DNA from: Centroscyllium fabricii
Taxonomy: Eukaryota
Assembly (NCBI GenBank): GCA_051313645.2
Contig: JBNRSN020000006.1
Location: 168,640,001 to 168,704,000 of the forward strand
DNA length: 64,000 bases
Direction of reading: 5' to 3'
The notes beneath the pieces are model-generated. The model searched no databases, was not told the origin of the DNA, and saw nothing but the letters and a program-made list of their open reading frames with translations. A program made the translations under genes and the position numbers. How positions within the stretch are numbered: position 1 is the first letter of the stretch; each line of letters begins with the position of its first letter. Positions 1 to 14,223 of this stretch are shown here, one piece after another.

Positions 1-2088
1 TGGGTGCAGCATCTGTATGATATCCTGTTCCACATGTCCAAAACCGACAAGTGGGGCTGGGGCAGAGGCAGTGCGAGAGCGCAGATCTGCAACAACATTG
101 TCACATCCTGGCGTGAACTGGAGACTGAAATTATATTGGCAGAGGTGGTCAGGCCAGCGGTGTAGATGCAGTGGTCTGTGGCCCGTGCCGGATATCGACT
201 GCAGGGCAGTGAGAGCCTGATGATCGGTTCGCAGGGTGAAAGCACTGCCATACGTGTACAGGTGCCACCGCTCACATGCCCAGACGCATGCCAGAACCAC
301 ACACTCGCCTACTGAGTACTTCTGTTCAGTGGGACTAAGGGCTCGGGAGGCAAAAGTGATTGGTTTCTCCACTCCATTCTGTATGTGATAACACTGCCCC
401 CACAGCTGAAGCGGATGCGTCGCAGATAATGAAGGTGGGGCTGGCGACATTAAAGTGAGCCAACACTGGAGGTGATGTGAGCTGTGATTTGAGGAGATGT
501 ACAGCTTCCGTATAGGCTTATGACCACACCCAGGGCTTATCCTTTCGCAGGAGCTGGTGCAGTGGGGCTGTGGTGGCTGAGTACTGGGGCAAAAACCTCA
601 GGTAGTACCCAGTCATGCCAAGGAAGGAGGCAACCTGTGCTGCAGAGCTGGGTTCTGGAACGCTGTGAATGGCATCCACTTTTGACTGGAGTGGGGATAT
701 ACCATCAGCCGACAACCAAAACCCCACAAACTCGATCTCTGGAACAGCAAAGACACACTTTTCGCCATTCACTGTGAGCTTGTGTTTTGCTAGAGCCGTG
801 AAAACTCTGTGAAGGCGTTCATCGTGAGTGGAGGTCGAGGGCGCATGCACGACGATGTCATCAAAGTAGATGGCCACCCCAGGAATGCCCGCGAGCACAG
901 AGAACGTCACCTTTTGAAAAAAGCTGGATGCAGAGCTAAGTCCAAATGGCATCCTGGTGTACTGAAAGACGTCTGTATGTGTCACAAAAGCAGTGAGGTC
1001 CCTGCTGCTGGGGTGGAGGGGAACCTGTAGATAGCCCTGTCAAAGGTCCAGTTTCGAGAACAGGATGAAGCCACAGAACTGCACTGAGAGTTCCTCTGAT
1101 GTGTGCAGTGGATATTTGTCCGGGATAACGGCCTTATTCACTGCTCGAAGGTCGACACAGATGCGTAGACCACCTGACTTTTTCTTTGCGACCACCAGGT
1201 TGGAGACCCATGGGGGAGGCATCAACCGGTTCGATGATGCCAGCTTCCAATAGCTGCGCAGTCACTGGGTGTGTGTGGCTGAGCCGTGTGTGAGAGTTCA
1301 GAGTGGAAGGGGGCGCAGGAGAAGCCGCTCACTGGCTGTCTTGCTAGTTTTGCTGCACATTCGGCTGCAGACTCCACTTAAAAGGCAATGTTAACTGCCT
1401 GTGACAACAACAGATTGTCGGACTCGAGTAACAGTCTTTCACGCACTCACATGTTCTTGGTGTGCTCTATTAGTTGATCACGCACCATCTCGTCTTGTAG
1501 TGCACTGAACTTGCAGGAGCTAGCTAACCCCCTCAAATTAGCCACATACTGAAACACAGACTCGCCGGGGAGTTGGTAACGCTGTCTAAAAATGAATCGC
1601 TGGAGGAGGGCACTTTGTGGGGCAGAGAAGTGTGTGCTTAACACAGCCACATCATAGGTTTGTATCGAGTCTGCTGTCCATAATGTCCCAAGAACACGCT
1701 GGCCCTCCGCTCCCAAGCAATGGGACAACAGTACCTTTTTCCATGCTGCACTCACATCATCTAGGCCAAGAGCGATGAGGTAGGTTTCAAAGGATTGTAA
1801 CCAGCGAACCCATGGGATCGGGGGCTCACCGGGTAGTGCCAGGAAGGGAGGAGGTGGTGGAAGAAAGATTTCAGCCATCCTCGTCATCAATGTTGCATTT
1901 GAAGGGTGAAATCAATGGCAGCCTGTAAAACTGAACTCATGTCTTTTTTTAAAAAATTGAGTCCAACTAATCTAACAAACAAAAGCAAGCCTGTACCTAT
2001 CACAATCACAGACATAACATAACAATAATGCACGATAAAACTTCATGTACTCTAATGCAACACTGTAACCCAGTGTGCAGACATAACA
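1..2088 (-). mobile_element. Degenerate Ty3/Gypsy LTR retrotransposon (5' LTR, gag, RT, RNase H), truncated by the window start
   Basis: Minus-strand ORF fragments: gag 1447-1890 (PPPFLALPGEPPIPW...), RT (KKSGGLRICVDLRAVN, MPFGL, YFDD) and RNase H (CDAS). Putative 5' LTR 1891-2088 reads TGTT...AACA on minus, followed by PBS-like TTGATGACGAGG. Frameshifted. Confidence 0.85.
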
Positions 2089-3003
2089 GTCATATCTCCA
2101 AGTTTGCAGATGACACAAAGCTGGGTGGGTGTATGCGCTGTGAGGATGATGCCAAGAAACTCCAGTATGATTTGGACAGGTTGGGTGATTGGGCAGATGC
2201 AATATAACGTGGATAAATGCGAAGTTATTCACTTTGGCGGCAAAAGAAGGAAGGCAGATTATCTGAATGGCAATAGATTGGGAGAAGGGGAAATGCAAAG
2301 AGACCTGGGTGTCCTTGTGCACCAGTCACTGAAGGTAAGCATGCAGCTGCAGCAAGCGGTCAAGAAGGCAAATGGTATGTTGGCCTTCATAGCGAGAGGA
2401 TTTGAGTACAGGAGCAAGGATGTCTTGCTGCAGTTGTACAGGGCCTTAGTGAGGCCACTCCTTGAGTACTGTGCGCAGTTTTGGTCGCCTTATCTGAGGA
2501 AGGATGTTCTTGCCATGGAGGGAGTACAGCGAAGATTCACCAGGCTGATACCTGGGATGGCAGGAATGACGTACGAGGAGAGATTCGGTTGATTGGGCTT
2601 ATATTCACTGGAGTTTGGGGATCTCATTGAAACTTATAAAATTCTAAAAGGACTAGACAGACTAGATGCAGGAAGGATTTTCCCGAATGGTCGGGGAATC
2701 CAGAACCAGGGGTCACAGTCTAAGGATAAGGGGCAAGCCATTCAGAACAGAGATGAGGAGGAATTTCTTCACCCAGAGAGTGGTGAACCTGTGGAATTCT
2801 CTGCCACAGAAGGGGGTGGAGGCCAGTTCATTAAATACATTCAAGAAAGAGTTGGATATATTCCTAAGGCTAAAGGGATCAAGGAATATGGGGAGAAGGC
2901 AGGGACAGGGTACTGCATTTGAATGATCAGCCATGATCTCATTGAATGGCGGAGCAGGCTCGAGGGGCCGAATGGCCTACTCCTGCTCCTATCTTCTATG
3001 TTT
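2089..3003 (+). mobile_element. CR1 LINE 3' fragment (HER1-like)
   Basis: KFADD, YRALVRP.LEYC.QFWSP and RRNFFTQRVVNLWN motifs; 3' tail GAATGGCGGAGCAGGCTCGAGGGGCCGAATGGCCTACTCCTGCTCCT shared with other copies in the window. Confidence 0.9.
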
Positions 3004-3704
3004 CACTCACAGGGAATTTATTTCTCCTCCATTTTACCAAAGCCATTTATACAGGTTAACACCTCAGCTAAATATATTATGAAACTTCATTTAAATATCT
3101 AATTTTGATGAATGAATCAAGTACAAGGGTGCACATTCAAAATTAGGAAGTTAGGAGTAAAATAGGAAGTCAGGTGAAATCCTAGAGGTGAAAGGATAGA
3201 TTCCTTATCTCTGCTGCATATTTTGAAATTTAAGGACAGATGAATAACTTTTCCCTTCAGAGCAACCATTATCAGATGTACAATGTTGGCAAGTGAATAA
3301 TAAGTAAACTATTTTTGAATAAATTTGTGGTGTCTTTCTTTAAATTTTATTGCACTGTAATATTATCAATGTCAATTTGGCTCCCTCCAGTGTTACTTTT
3401 GTGCAACTACAGCTGCAGCACTGAAAGTCACTCATATTCCCGCCAAGTGCATCGTATACATGTAAAAGGAGGTCAACAATCACTGAATCTAAGAAACATT
3501 ACCGTTAACAGTTGCATTCTTTTTCCCTTCCAGAAAGCCAGAAATTATGTTTCCCTACACTTCAAACCCAAGACCTAAGACCGAAAGCAGGCCAGGCAGA
3601 CTTCTAATGCTATAATACAAAGAGTGTTGCCAGATTTGGATATACAACACATGGTGAGCCTGGAGTTCATTTCGATAACTAAAATCCAGGAACCATTCAT
3701 CCAC

Positions 3705-6478
3705 AGACGAGTCAAGCAACAGCCTGACATAGTCATACTCACAGAATCATACCTTTCAGCCAATGTCCCAAACTCCTCCATTACCATCCCTGGGTATGTC
3801 CTGCCCCACCGGCAGGGGTGGTGGCAGAGTGGTATACAGTCGGGAAGGAGTGGCCCTGGGAGTCCTCAACATTGACTCCGGACCCCATGAAGTCTCTTGG
3901 CTTCAGGTCAAGCATGGACAAGGAAACCTCCTGCTGATTACCACCTACTGCCTTGCCTCAGCTGAGGAATCAGTACTTGGACATGTTGAACACCACTTGG
4001 AAGAAGCACCGACAGTAGCAAGGGCACAGAATGTACTCTGGGTGGGCGACTTCAATGTCCATCACCAAGAATGGCTCGGTAGCACCACTACTGACCGAGC
4101 TGGTCGAGTCCTGAAGGACATAGCTGCCAGCCTAGGCCTGCGACAGGGACAGGTGGTGAGAGAACCAACATGAGGGAAAAACCTACTTGGCCTCGTCCTC
4201 ACCAATCTAACTGTTGCAGATGCATCTGTCCAGGACAGCACTGGTAGCAGTGATCACCGCACACAGTCATTGTCAAGACAAAGTCCCACCTTCACACTGA
4301 AGATGCCTTCCAGTGTGTTGTTTGGCACTACCACCGTGCTAAATGAGATAGATTCAGAACAAATCTCGCAACTCAAAAATGGGCATCCATGAGATGCTGA
4401 GGACCAGCAGCAGCAAAATTGTATTCCACGACAATCTGTAACCTCATGGTCCAGCATATCCCTCACTCTACCATTACCATCAAGCCAGGGGACCAACCCT
4501 GGTTCAATAAGGAGTGTAGAAGAGCATGCTAGGACCAGCACCAGGCGCACCTAAAAATTAGGTGCCAACCTGGGGAAGCTGCGACACAGAACTACATGCA
4601 TGCTAAAAAGCAGAAGCAGCATGCTAGTAGACAGATCTAAGCAATCCCACAATCAACGGATCAGATCAAAGCTCTGCAGTCCTGCCACATCCAGTGGTGA
4701 ATGGTGGTGGACCATTAAACAACTCACAGGCGGTGGAGGCTCCATGAATATCCCCATGCTCAATGATGGTGGAGCCCAGCATGGGAGTACAAAAGACAAA
4801 GCTGAAGCATTTGCAACCATCTTCAGCCAGAAGTGCCGAGTGGATGATCCATATCGGCCTCCTCCTGAGGTCCCCACCACCACATAAGCCAGTCTTCAGC
4901 CAATTCGATTCACTTCATGTGATATCAAGAAAAGGCTGAGTGCACTGGATACAGCAAAGGCTGTGGGCCCCGACAACATCCCGGCTATCGTGCTGAAAAC
5001 TTATGCCCCAGAACTAGCCGCGCCTCTAGCCAAGCTGCCCCAGTACAGCTATAACTGCCATCTATCCGATAATGTGGAAAACTGCCCAGGTATGTCCGGT
5101 CCACAAAAAGCAGGACAAATCCAATTTGGCCAATTACCACCCCACCAGTTAACTCTCAATCATCAGCAAAGTGATGGCTGGTGTTGTCGACCATGTTATC
5201 AAGCAGCACTTACTCATCAATAACTTGCTCACTGATGCCCAGTTTGGGTTCCGCCAGGACTACTCAGCTCCAGACCTCATTACAGCCTTGGTCCAAACAT
5301 GGACAAAAGAGCTGAATTCTAGAGGTGAGGGGAGAGTGACTGCCCTTGACATCAAGGCAGCATTTGACCGAGTGTGACATCAAGGAGCCCTAGTAAAACT
5401 GAAGTGATTGGGAAGCGGGGGGGAAAACTCTCCACTGGCTGGAGTCATAACTAACACAAAGGCAGATGGTTGTCGTGGTTGGAGGTCAATCATCACAGCC
5501 CCAGGACATCGTTGCAGGAGTTCCTCGGGGCAGTGTCCTAGGCCCCACCATCTTCAGCTGCTTCATCAATGATCTTCCCTCCATCATCAGCAAAGTGATG
5601 GCGGGTGTCGTCGACAATGCTATCAAGCAGCACTTACTCACCAATAACTTGCTCACTAATGACCAGTTTGTAAGGTCAGAAGTGGGAATGTTCGCTGATG
5701 ACTGCAGTGTTCAGCGCTATTTGCAACTCCTCAGATAATGAAGCAGTCTATGCCTGCATGCAGAAAGACATGGATGACATTCAGGCTTGGGCTGATAAGT
5801 GGCAGGTAACATTCACCCCACACATGTGCCCCCACCATCAATATCCTGGGAGTCACCATTGACCAGAACCTTAACCGGACCATAAATACTGCGGCAACAA
5901 AAGTGGGTCAGAGGCTGGGTATTCTGCGGTGAATGCTTCACCTCCTGACTCCCCAAAGCCTTTCCACCATCTACAAGGCACATGTCAGGAGTGTGATGGA
6001 ATACTTACCACTTGCCTGGATGAGTGCAGCTTCAACAACAGTCAAGAAGCTCAACACCATCTAGGACAAAGCACCCCGCTTGATTGGCACCCCATCCACC
6101 ACCTTAAACATTCACTCCCTCCACCACCAGCACACCGTAACTAGTGTGTACCATCTACAAGATGCATTGCAGCAACTCACCAAGGCCTCTTCGGCAGCAG
6201 CTCCCAAACCCGCGACCTCTTCCACCTAGAAGGACAAGGGCAACAGGCACATGGGAACACCACCACCTCCAAGTTCCCCTCCAAGTCACACATCATTCTG
6301 ACTTGGAAATATATTGCTGTTCCTTCATCGTTGCTGGGTCAAAATCATGGAACTCCCTCCCTAACAGTACTGTGGGAGGACCTTTACCACACGGACTGCA
6401 GCAGTTCAAGAAGGCGGCTCACCACCACCTTCTCAAGGGCAATAAATGCTGGCCTTGCCAGTGATGCCCACATCCCAG
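3705..6478 (+). mobile_element. Degenerate non-LTR retrotransposon ORF2 (APE endonuclease + RT), CR1/L2-group-like
   Basis: Fragments PDIVILTESYL, VGDFNVHH, GPDNIP, QFGFR, ALDIKAAFDRV, GVPRGSVLGP and MFADD across several frames, with stops. Confidence 0.85.
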
Positions 6479-6779
6479 GGACAGATTTTTTAAAAGCCAG
6501 AGACTCTTGTTGCTATACTTCCATGTGAAATTTCTGAGTATAAATCTGTACCACTCCATAGCAATCTCTTGCTTCTAAAAACGATGTTATTTACAAACTT
6601 AGCAACTCATTAAAATGATCTGCAGCATGCACTGGAATGTTTTTTAGTTAGATTAAGGGGGTTATGTTGGCCAAAGGGTGAAAACAGGCACTAATTTGGT
6701 GCTATGCTAATAACACTAGCCTGTTTAAAAGTCTGGATTTAGCACTCAAGTGCTGACTAGACACTATTTTCGTGGAGCA

Positions 6780-7000
6780 GTATATGTGGGCTCCTCACAC
6801 CCACTTCCACAAAAGATGTGGAGTGCTGCGGCTGGCACACAGCAGCATGTCGCAGGATGGCTCGGGGAATTGAGGGAGAGGGCACACAGGTTGTCCAATG
6901 CGGTGCTGGTGGAGAAGGTCCAGAGGAAGATGATTGTCTTGTAGTCAGGTGGGGTGCAGTGGGGAAGGGATACCACCTTGCCCTCCTGTCCTTCTCTGCT
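6780..7000 (+). mobile_element. Possible Harbinger Myb/SANT-gene remnant
   Basis: ERAHRLSNAVLVEKVQRKMIVL resembles the N-terminus of Harbinger Myb/SANT proteins; heavily degraded. Confidence 0.3.
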
Positions 7001-7629
7001 GCAGCACAGTTGGTGCTGCTCTGCCTGGCCTCATGTCCTCCTCCCATTCCTTGTCCAGACCAAGGGGGACCTCTAGCATAATGCCTATGACCAAGCACTC
7101 CCTTTCTCCTGTACGGTGTCCAATAAGGTGCAGCAGCTCAGCACTTACTTTTTTTAAATATAAAAGGTGATGTTCTCAGAATTTCCACAATAGATATTGC
7201 TCCACTGTTGGTGGAGTCTTGACAGTGTTCCAGAAAGTCTCCCAATGTGTTTCAGAGGTCCTCTTCACACCTCCAGCAGCAATAAACATGAAATGGTGAG
7301 TATCTCTTTAAGCAGTGATTGAAATCAACGTCATGTTTGCTCCCAAACAGCTAGTCACTGCTGGGAGAGGGCCTTAGTTGAAGTGCGAGCCACAAACATG
7401 CCATGAAGCCTCTTTAATGAGCACCAGCAGGCATTTTAAGTGGCAATCAGCTGTTTAACGAGCCTCCACACTCAACTCCTGGCGCTGGCTTCAACTCCTT
7501 TACCAAGATGGTGGCTTGCGCTAAACACGGGCTAAACCAGCATTGCAGTTTAAGGCCCCATCTTAGCCACCTCAGAGACGCTAAATTGAATTATACGTCC
7601 TTCCATAACAGGTAAGAATATTTTAGAAT

Positions 7630-7830
7630 AGATTTGCATTGATACAGCTCCTTTCACGGCCTCAGACCATCCCAAAGCGCTTTAGAGCCAATAAAGTACT
7701 TTTGAAATGGTCATTGTTGTAATGTCGGAAACACGGCAGCCAATTTGTGCACAAGCAGCTCCCACAAACAGCTGTGAGATGATCAAATCACCTGTTTTTT
7801 TCCAGTGATGTTGATTGAGTTAAATATTGG
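7630..7830 (-). mobile_element. DeuSINE (SacSINE1/AmnSINE1-like) 3' part
   Basis: Reverse complement matches the element at 62280-62450 (GGGAGCT.GCT.GTGC.CAAATTG.CTGCCGTGTTTCC.ACATT.CAACA...AAAGCGCTTTGGGA). Confidence 0.75.
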
Positions 7831-8079
7831 CACCAGGGTGTGGAGTAAATGGTCAAGTATCCCAGTGGGCTTTACATTAACAATTTAGCCAGAGAACAAT
7901 GTGGAGGAAGGGGGTGGGGATTGACTCTTGTTCTTGGTGCTGTGAACAAAGGAAGCTTAAAGACAAAAAATGCTGAATTTCCCTTTAGTTGTAGGTCCCA
8001 GGTCAAGATGTGACCCTTAACTAGACAAGAAAGCTGGTTGCTAGGAGCCACACATACCCAACATGGGAAACTGCTCTCG

Positions 8080-9070
8080 TTTACATAGGATATACAGCAC
8101 AGAAACAGGTTATTTGGCCCAACCAGTCCATGCCACCATTTAAGCTCCACACAAGTCTCCTCCTGTCTTTCCTCATCTAAATCTATTAGCATAATCCTCT
8201 ATTCCCCTTTCCCTCATATGCGTGTCTAGCCTCCCCTTAAATGCATCTATACTATTCGCTTCAACCACTCCTTGTGGTAGCAAGTTCCACATTCTCACCA
8301 CTCTCTGGGTAAAGAAGTTTCTTCTGAATTCCCTGTTGCGATTTCTTGGTGACTATCTTATATTGATGGCCTCTAGTTATGCTCTTCCCCACAAATGGAA
8401 ACATTCTCTCTGTATCCACTCTATCAAAGGTTTTCATAATTTTAAAGACCTCTATTAGGTCACCCCTCAGCCTTTTTTTTTCCCCAAGAGAAAAGAGACC
8501 CAGCCTGTTCATCCTTTCCGGATATGTATACCCTCACGTTTCTGGTATTATCCTTGTAAATCTTCTCTGCACCCTCTATATCCTTTTTATAATATGACGA
8601 CTAGAACTGTACATAGTACACCAAGTGTGGTCTAACCAAGGCTCGAAGCAGGTTTAGCATAACTTCCCTAGTTTTCAATTCTATACCTCTAGAAATAAAC
8701 CCATGCTTGGTTTGCTTTTTGTATGGCCTTGCTAACCTGTGTCGCAACTTTGTGATGTGTATTTGTACTCCTCGATCCCTTTGTTCCGCTACCCCACCTA
8801 GACTCGCACCCTCCAAGTAGAACTCTATTCTTCCTACCAAAATGTAATAGCTCACATTTGTGTTGAACTTCATTTGCCAATGATATGCCCATTCTGCAAG
8901 TTTAATGTCCTCCTGTAACTTGTTGCAGTCCTCCTCAATATTGACTATCCCCAATTTGGTGTCATCTGCAAATTTAGAAATTGTGTTCTTGATTCCAAAG
9001 TCTAAATCGTTAATGTAAATTGTGAACAGCAGTGATCCCAGCACTGGTCCGATGGAACACCATTACCCAC
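8080..9070 (-). mobile_element. CR1 LINE 3' fragment
   Basis: ORFs 8601-9044 (LFTIYINDLD, KFADDTKL, RALVRPHL) and 8261-8512 (RLRGDLIEVFKI). Confidence 0.9.
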
Positions 9071-9796
9071 CTTCTGCACCTTGTAGCATTTTGACAGCCG
9101 TAAATAACTAAGTACTGTACTTTGATAGCAGTCTTATGTATTACTCAGGGAGGTACAGACTGTGAGGCCACCACTATCCCATAGTCCACTAAAGCAGGGC
9201 TAGAATGATGGGATAACTTATGACTAGGATACACAAACAGATGAATACATGATGCCCGAGGCAGCCAAATAGTATAAAGATAGAGCTTTCATCCTTTGAA
9301 AGTTAGAATTCTCAGGAGTCCACAGACATTACAGGCAGCCTAGAGTCAGGTCTGATCAATCCAGGATCTAAGTTGTATGACTTGCTTGTCATTTAATGTA
9401 ATACGGTAAAACAATTGTACAGGAACAATACTGTTGTCATTCACATATACATATATAAAAAGAACTTGAATAAACCACAAGCTTGAATCACGTGGCAGTT
9501 ATTATTCAAGGACGGACACCCCTTTTGCGACAGTAATCATGACAAGCTTTATTGGCTTTCAACAGGCAAAAGCTAAAAGTTACTATTGCTACAATACAAG
9601 AGAAATCAATAGCAATTTAACATTAGCAGACTTCAGAACAATCTGATTAACCCTTCCTTTACGAGGGCATATCCAGAATTTGGACGCAAGCTCTCCATGA
9701 GTTTTATTAAGGTTCAGACATGAGAGGAAACTGCCAAGAGTATTCCTAGTCTCATTGAAATGATAAGCAAACACAATTCAAGCATTTTAAAAAGGT

Positions 9797-12700
9797 TGTG
9801 GAAATTAACGAATTTCCACAAAGAAATGAGGCCACACAAGAGCACAATCAAAACAGGCCTTTACTGTCATATACAGTAGCAGGGACTGCCTGGGCAGCCC
9901 CGTGGCTGACGTGATGTCATCATGTTTGCCCGCGTTTTCCTGCACTCTTAAAGGGGCCACGTCCCGCATATACAAACAATATATACAAAACAGTGATGCC
10001 TAACACCATGGTCGAAGATCAGGCTGGTGTTAGGACTTCATTAAAGTGCATTATGTACAGTTGTCAGTGGCCCTACCACATGCACACCCCCCCCCCCCCT
10101 CCCGCAGCCCCCAGAATTCGCTTTAACAGACAAAGTCAAACGGTGAAGGGGTCTGACAAGCCTGTCAGAACGACTCCTGTATTCTCGGGGCAGAGGCTGC
10201 TGAGCGGCTGGCGGTCTGTCCGGCAGACGCAATTGGTCTGCCGTAACAATGACGGGCGGGCTGCCTCATCTCGGCGGCTGTGCTGTCTCGACGGGATGGT
10301 CGGGGTCCAAATGTGCCGGCTTCAGGCGGTCGACCGAGACGTGGTCTGGTTTACCACCGACGTCGACGGTAAATGTTTTGTCCCCCGTTTCCAAGGTGCG
10401 GAAGGGGCCAGTGTATGGGGCCTTGAGCGGAACTCTATGTGCGTCATGGCGGATGAACACGTATTCCGCCTTGGAGCTCTGTAGGTACATGTGACCTCTG
10501 CAGCCAGTAATGGGAAGTGGGCACCAGAACAAAACATCTGGCAGCCTCCTGGTGCTTGGCTAGCTGGGCAGATGCGGACCACGGCTCCGTTGCAGTTGGT
10601 ATGAAATCGCCTGGAACCCTCAGCGGCTGACCGTACACCAGCTCCACCGATGAAGAGTGAAGGTCTTCTTTGGGGGCCGTACAAAGGCCCAACAGAACCC
10701 ACGGCAGCTTGTCAACCCATCCTGCGTCCTGGAGGGTGGCATTCATTGACCGGTGGAAATGTTTGCAGAGGTTGTTCGCCTGCGGATGGTAGGCTGTGGT
10801 GCAGTGCAGTTTGACACCAAGCCCATGAGCCACCACGTTCCAGAGTTCAGAGGAGAACTGCGGTCCCCTGTCAGATGAAAGATCAGCGGGAACTCTGAAA
10901 TGGGTGACCCACGAAGGGATGAATGCCCTGGCCACGTCCGCCGAAGTGGTGGAGGAGAGTGGAACTGCCTCCAGCCATCTGGTGGTGCGGTCGACCATGG
11001 TGAGGATATGTGAAAAACCATGGGAGAGTGGGAGCAGAGCTACCAGGTACACGTTGATGTGGTCAACACATTGCTCTGGACTGTGAAGGTGGCCAATGGT
11101 GCTTTGATGTGACGCTGAAACTTGGCCCTTTGGCAGACCACGCAAGTGCTGGCCCAGTTGCGGATGTCTTTGTGCATGCCGTGCCATACAAATTTCACTG
11201 ACATCAGCTTCTAGGGGGGCCTCCATTCCAGGGTGTGACAACCCGTGTATAGCGTCAAAGACTTTGCGGCGCCAAGCACCTGGCACAACATGTCGGGGAT
11301 CTTGCACAGAGATGTCACACAGCAGTGCGGTGCCTGCTGATTGGAACTGGACGTCAGCCAGTTGGAGGCCGGTGACGGCTGTTCTGTACGCTTGGACTTC
11401 CGGGTCTGAGTTTTGATCTGCTGCCATGAGGGCATAGTTGATATCCAAAAGGACCGTGTTGATGGCCGCGCAGGAGAGGCAGTCTGCCACCAGGTTGTCC
11501 TTACCGGCCACGTGTTGTGTATCCATGGTATATTCGGATCTGTAGGTCAGTTGCCGCTGTTGTCGGTCTGACCATGGCTTGGCGGTCTTGGCCATTGCGA
11601 ACGTTAATGACTTATGATCCACAAAAGCTGTGAAGGGCCGCCCCTCGAGGAGAAAACGGAAATGGCGGATAGCCAGAAAAAAGGCGAGCAACTCCCGGTC
11701 GAACATGCTGTAAGCTCTCTCATTCTGCTGCAGTTGATGGCTGAAGCATGCCAACAGATGCCAGGTACCTTTCACCCACTGCTGTTGAACCACATCAAAT
11801 GCGTAGTCCAACGCATCGGTGGTGAGGGCGATGGTGGCTCCTGGTTGCGGATGCGACAACGTAGTCGCATTGGCTAAAGTGCTTTTGGTGTCAGAATGCT
11901 CGGGCCATGTCATCCATCCAGTCTACCAGATTCTTGCCAGTCTTGCCCTTGAGGGCCTCGTACAGGGGCTGCATGAGTAGTGCCGCCTTAGGCACGAAAC
12001 GGTGGTAAAAGTTTACCATGCCCAGGAACTCTTGCAGGGCCTTCACGTTCTGCGGGCGTGGAAAGGATGTCACCACCTCTACCTTGCAGGTAAAGGCACA
12101 GCTCCCTCTGAGGTGATGCGATGCCCCAGGAAATCAATTTGGTGCGGGCCAAATTGACACTTGGCCGGGTTGATAATGAGGCCGTGTTGACTGAGGGGTT
12201 GGAAAAGGGTGCGTAGGTGACTGAGGTGTTCTGCCTTGATCGGACTGGCAATCAGAATGTCATCCAGATAGATGAAGAGGAACTTGGGTCCCGCAGCACG
12301 GAGTCCATCAGGTGTTGGAAGGGCTGGGCGGCATTCTTTAAGCCGAACGGCATTCACAAAAATTCAAAGAGGCCGAACGGGGTGCTGACTGCGGTCTTCT
12401 GGACATCCTGTGGATGAACTGGAACCTGGTGGTAGCCCCGGACAAGGTCGACCTTGGAGAAGACGGTGTTATCTGCCAAATGGGCAGAGAAATCTTGAAT
12501 GTGGGGGATTGGGTACCGATCAGGTGTGGTGGCATTGTTAAGACATCGATAGTTGCCGCAAGGCCGCCATCCACCGCCAGGCTTTGGGACGATATGGAGA
12601 GGTAAAGACCAGGGACGATTCGACCGGTAAATAATCTCCAACCGTTCCATGGTCGCAAACTCCGCCTTTGCGATTGCCAGCTTCGAGACGCCAGGCCTGC

Positions 12701-14223
12701 ACGTAAACTGGGGGGCCGTTGGTGGTATTGTGATGCTCCACCCCATGTTTGGTGGATGTGGAGGAGAAAGTGAGCCTCGTTAGGCCTGGGAATTCACTGA
12801 GCAGGCGAGCAAACTCGTCAGGCATCAGGAATGCACAGGAGACGGTGCGTGACATCGTGTTACTGTGGTAACACGGGAGGGAATGAAAAGCTGCTGCATT
12901 AATCAGCTGCTGATTCCAGACGTCAACCAGAAGGTTGTTGGCGCACAGAAAATCCGTGCCAAGGAGGGGCTGGGAAACTTTGGCCGTTACAAAATCCCAA
13001 TGAAAACGTTGCACCCCGAGGCACACCTCCACTCGCCGCCTGCTGAAGGTCCAGATTGCTCCACCATTGGCCGCTTCAAGGGTGGGTCCGTGATTTCCCC
13101 GTCTGCACATGGAGGGCGGACACTGGTAAAATGCTGCACTGCGTACCGGTGTCACACAGAAACTGATGACCGGAGAGGATATCGGTGATGAAGAGCAATT
13201 TTCCCGCACTACCGACCGCCACTGCGGGATGCTTGTTAGACCTGGTCTTCGGTGGGCGCGGTGTCAGTTGGTAGATTTTTTGGGGGGTCAAAAAGTGCAG
13301 GGAGGGCGGCAGCACCTCGCCTTCGTGCCGAACTGCACATGGTAGAAGCACAGCCCAGTAGTCTGATGAGCTGGGGCGGTTTCCGTGGGGGCTGGGAGCC
13401 TCGTGGCGGCACAGTATTGTCGAGTTACTGCAAAAATTTTACCAGCTTCAGCAGGGAGGGCTGCACAGTCAGTGACTTCGGAGTTAGCCAGGGCAGCTTG
13501 TACCTGCTCACGTAGCTGGCTGAGGAATAGTTCCCAAAAGAGGACGCATTCTGGTTCGGAATCCAGGAGCGTGAGCATCTGGCTCATCAATTCAGAGGGC
13601 TTGGAGTCCCCGATCCCGGGCATAGAGCGTAAATCGGTGGGCGCGCTCAGATTTAGTGAGTCCGAAGACCTGCAGCAACTGTGCTTGGAGTGTTGTACTT
13701 GCGCTCCGCAGGGGGTTTTCAAGGAGGCTGACGATCCGAGAGGCGGTGGAGCTGTCGAATGCAGAGACCACAGAGGAATTTGGTCTGATCCGTCACGATA
13801 TCTCGCAGGGCGAACTGGGCCTCGACCTGGATAAACCACACGAGCGCTTGCTGCTCCCAGAACTGCGGTAGTTTCAATGCAACGGCATTGGCTGCCATCC
13901 TGTGTAATCGTTTGTGAAATCGTTCACAAAAAAGTGGGGTCACCACTGTGGGAATTAACGAATTTCCACGAAGAAATGAGGGCACACAGGAGCACAATCA
14001 AAACAGGTCTTTACTCTCTGATACAGTAGCAGGGACTGCCTGGGCAAAGACGTGACGTCATCACGTTTGCCCACATTTTCCCAGCACTCTTAAATGGGCC
14101 ACGCCCCACATATACAAACATTATATACAAAGCACAGTGATGCCTAACACCATGGTCAAAGATCAGGCTGGTGTTAGGACTTCGTTAAAGTGAATTATGT
14201 AGTTAGTCAGTGGCCCTGCCACA
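9797..14223 (-). mobile_element. Full-length degenerate Ty3/Gypsy LTR retrotransposon, CsRn1-clade-like
   Basis: LTRs 9797-10080 and 13947-14223 (TG...CA, visibly diverged); 4-bp TSD AGGT (9793-9796, 14224-14227); PBS TGGTGACCCC (13945-13936, tRNA-Trp-like); G-rich PPT next to 10081; gag VALKLPQFW...WFIQVEAQF with CHCC knuckle CFYH...C...C; protease FLCDTG; RT YLDD; RNase H; integrase SDRGPQF. Confidence 0.92.
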
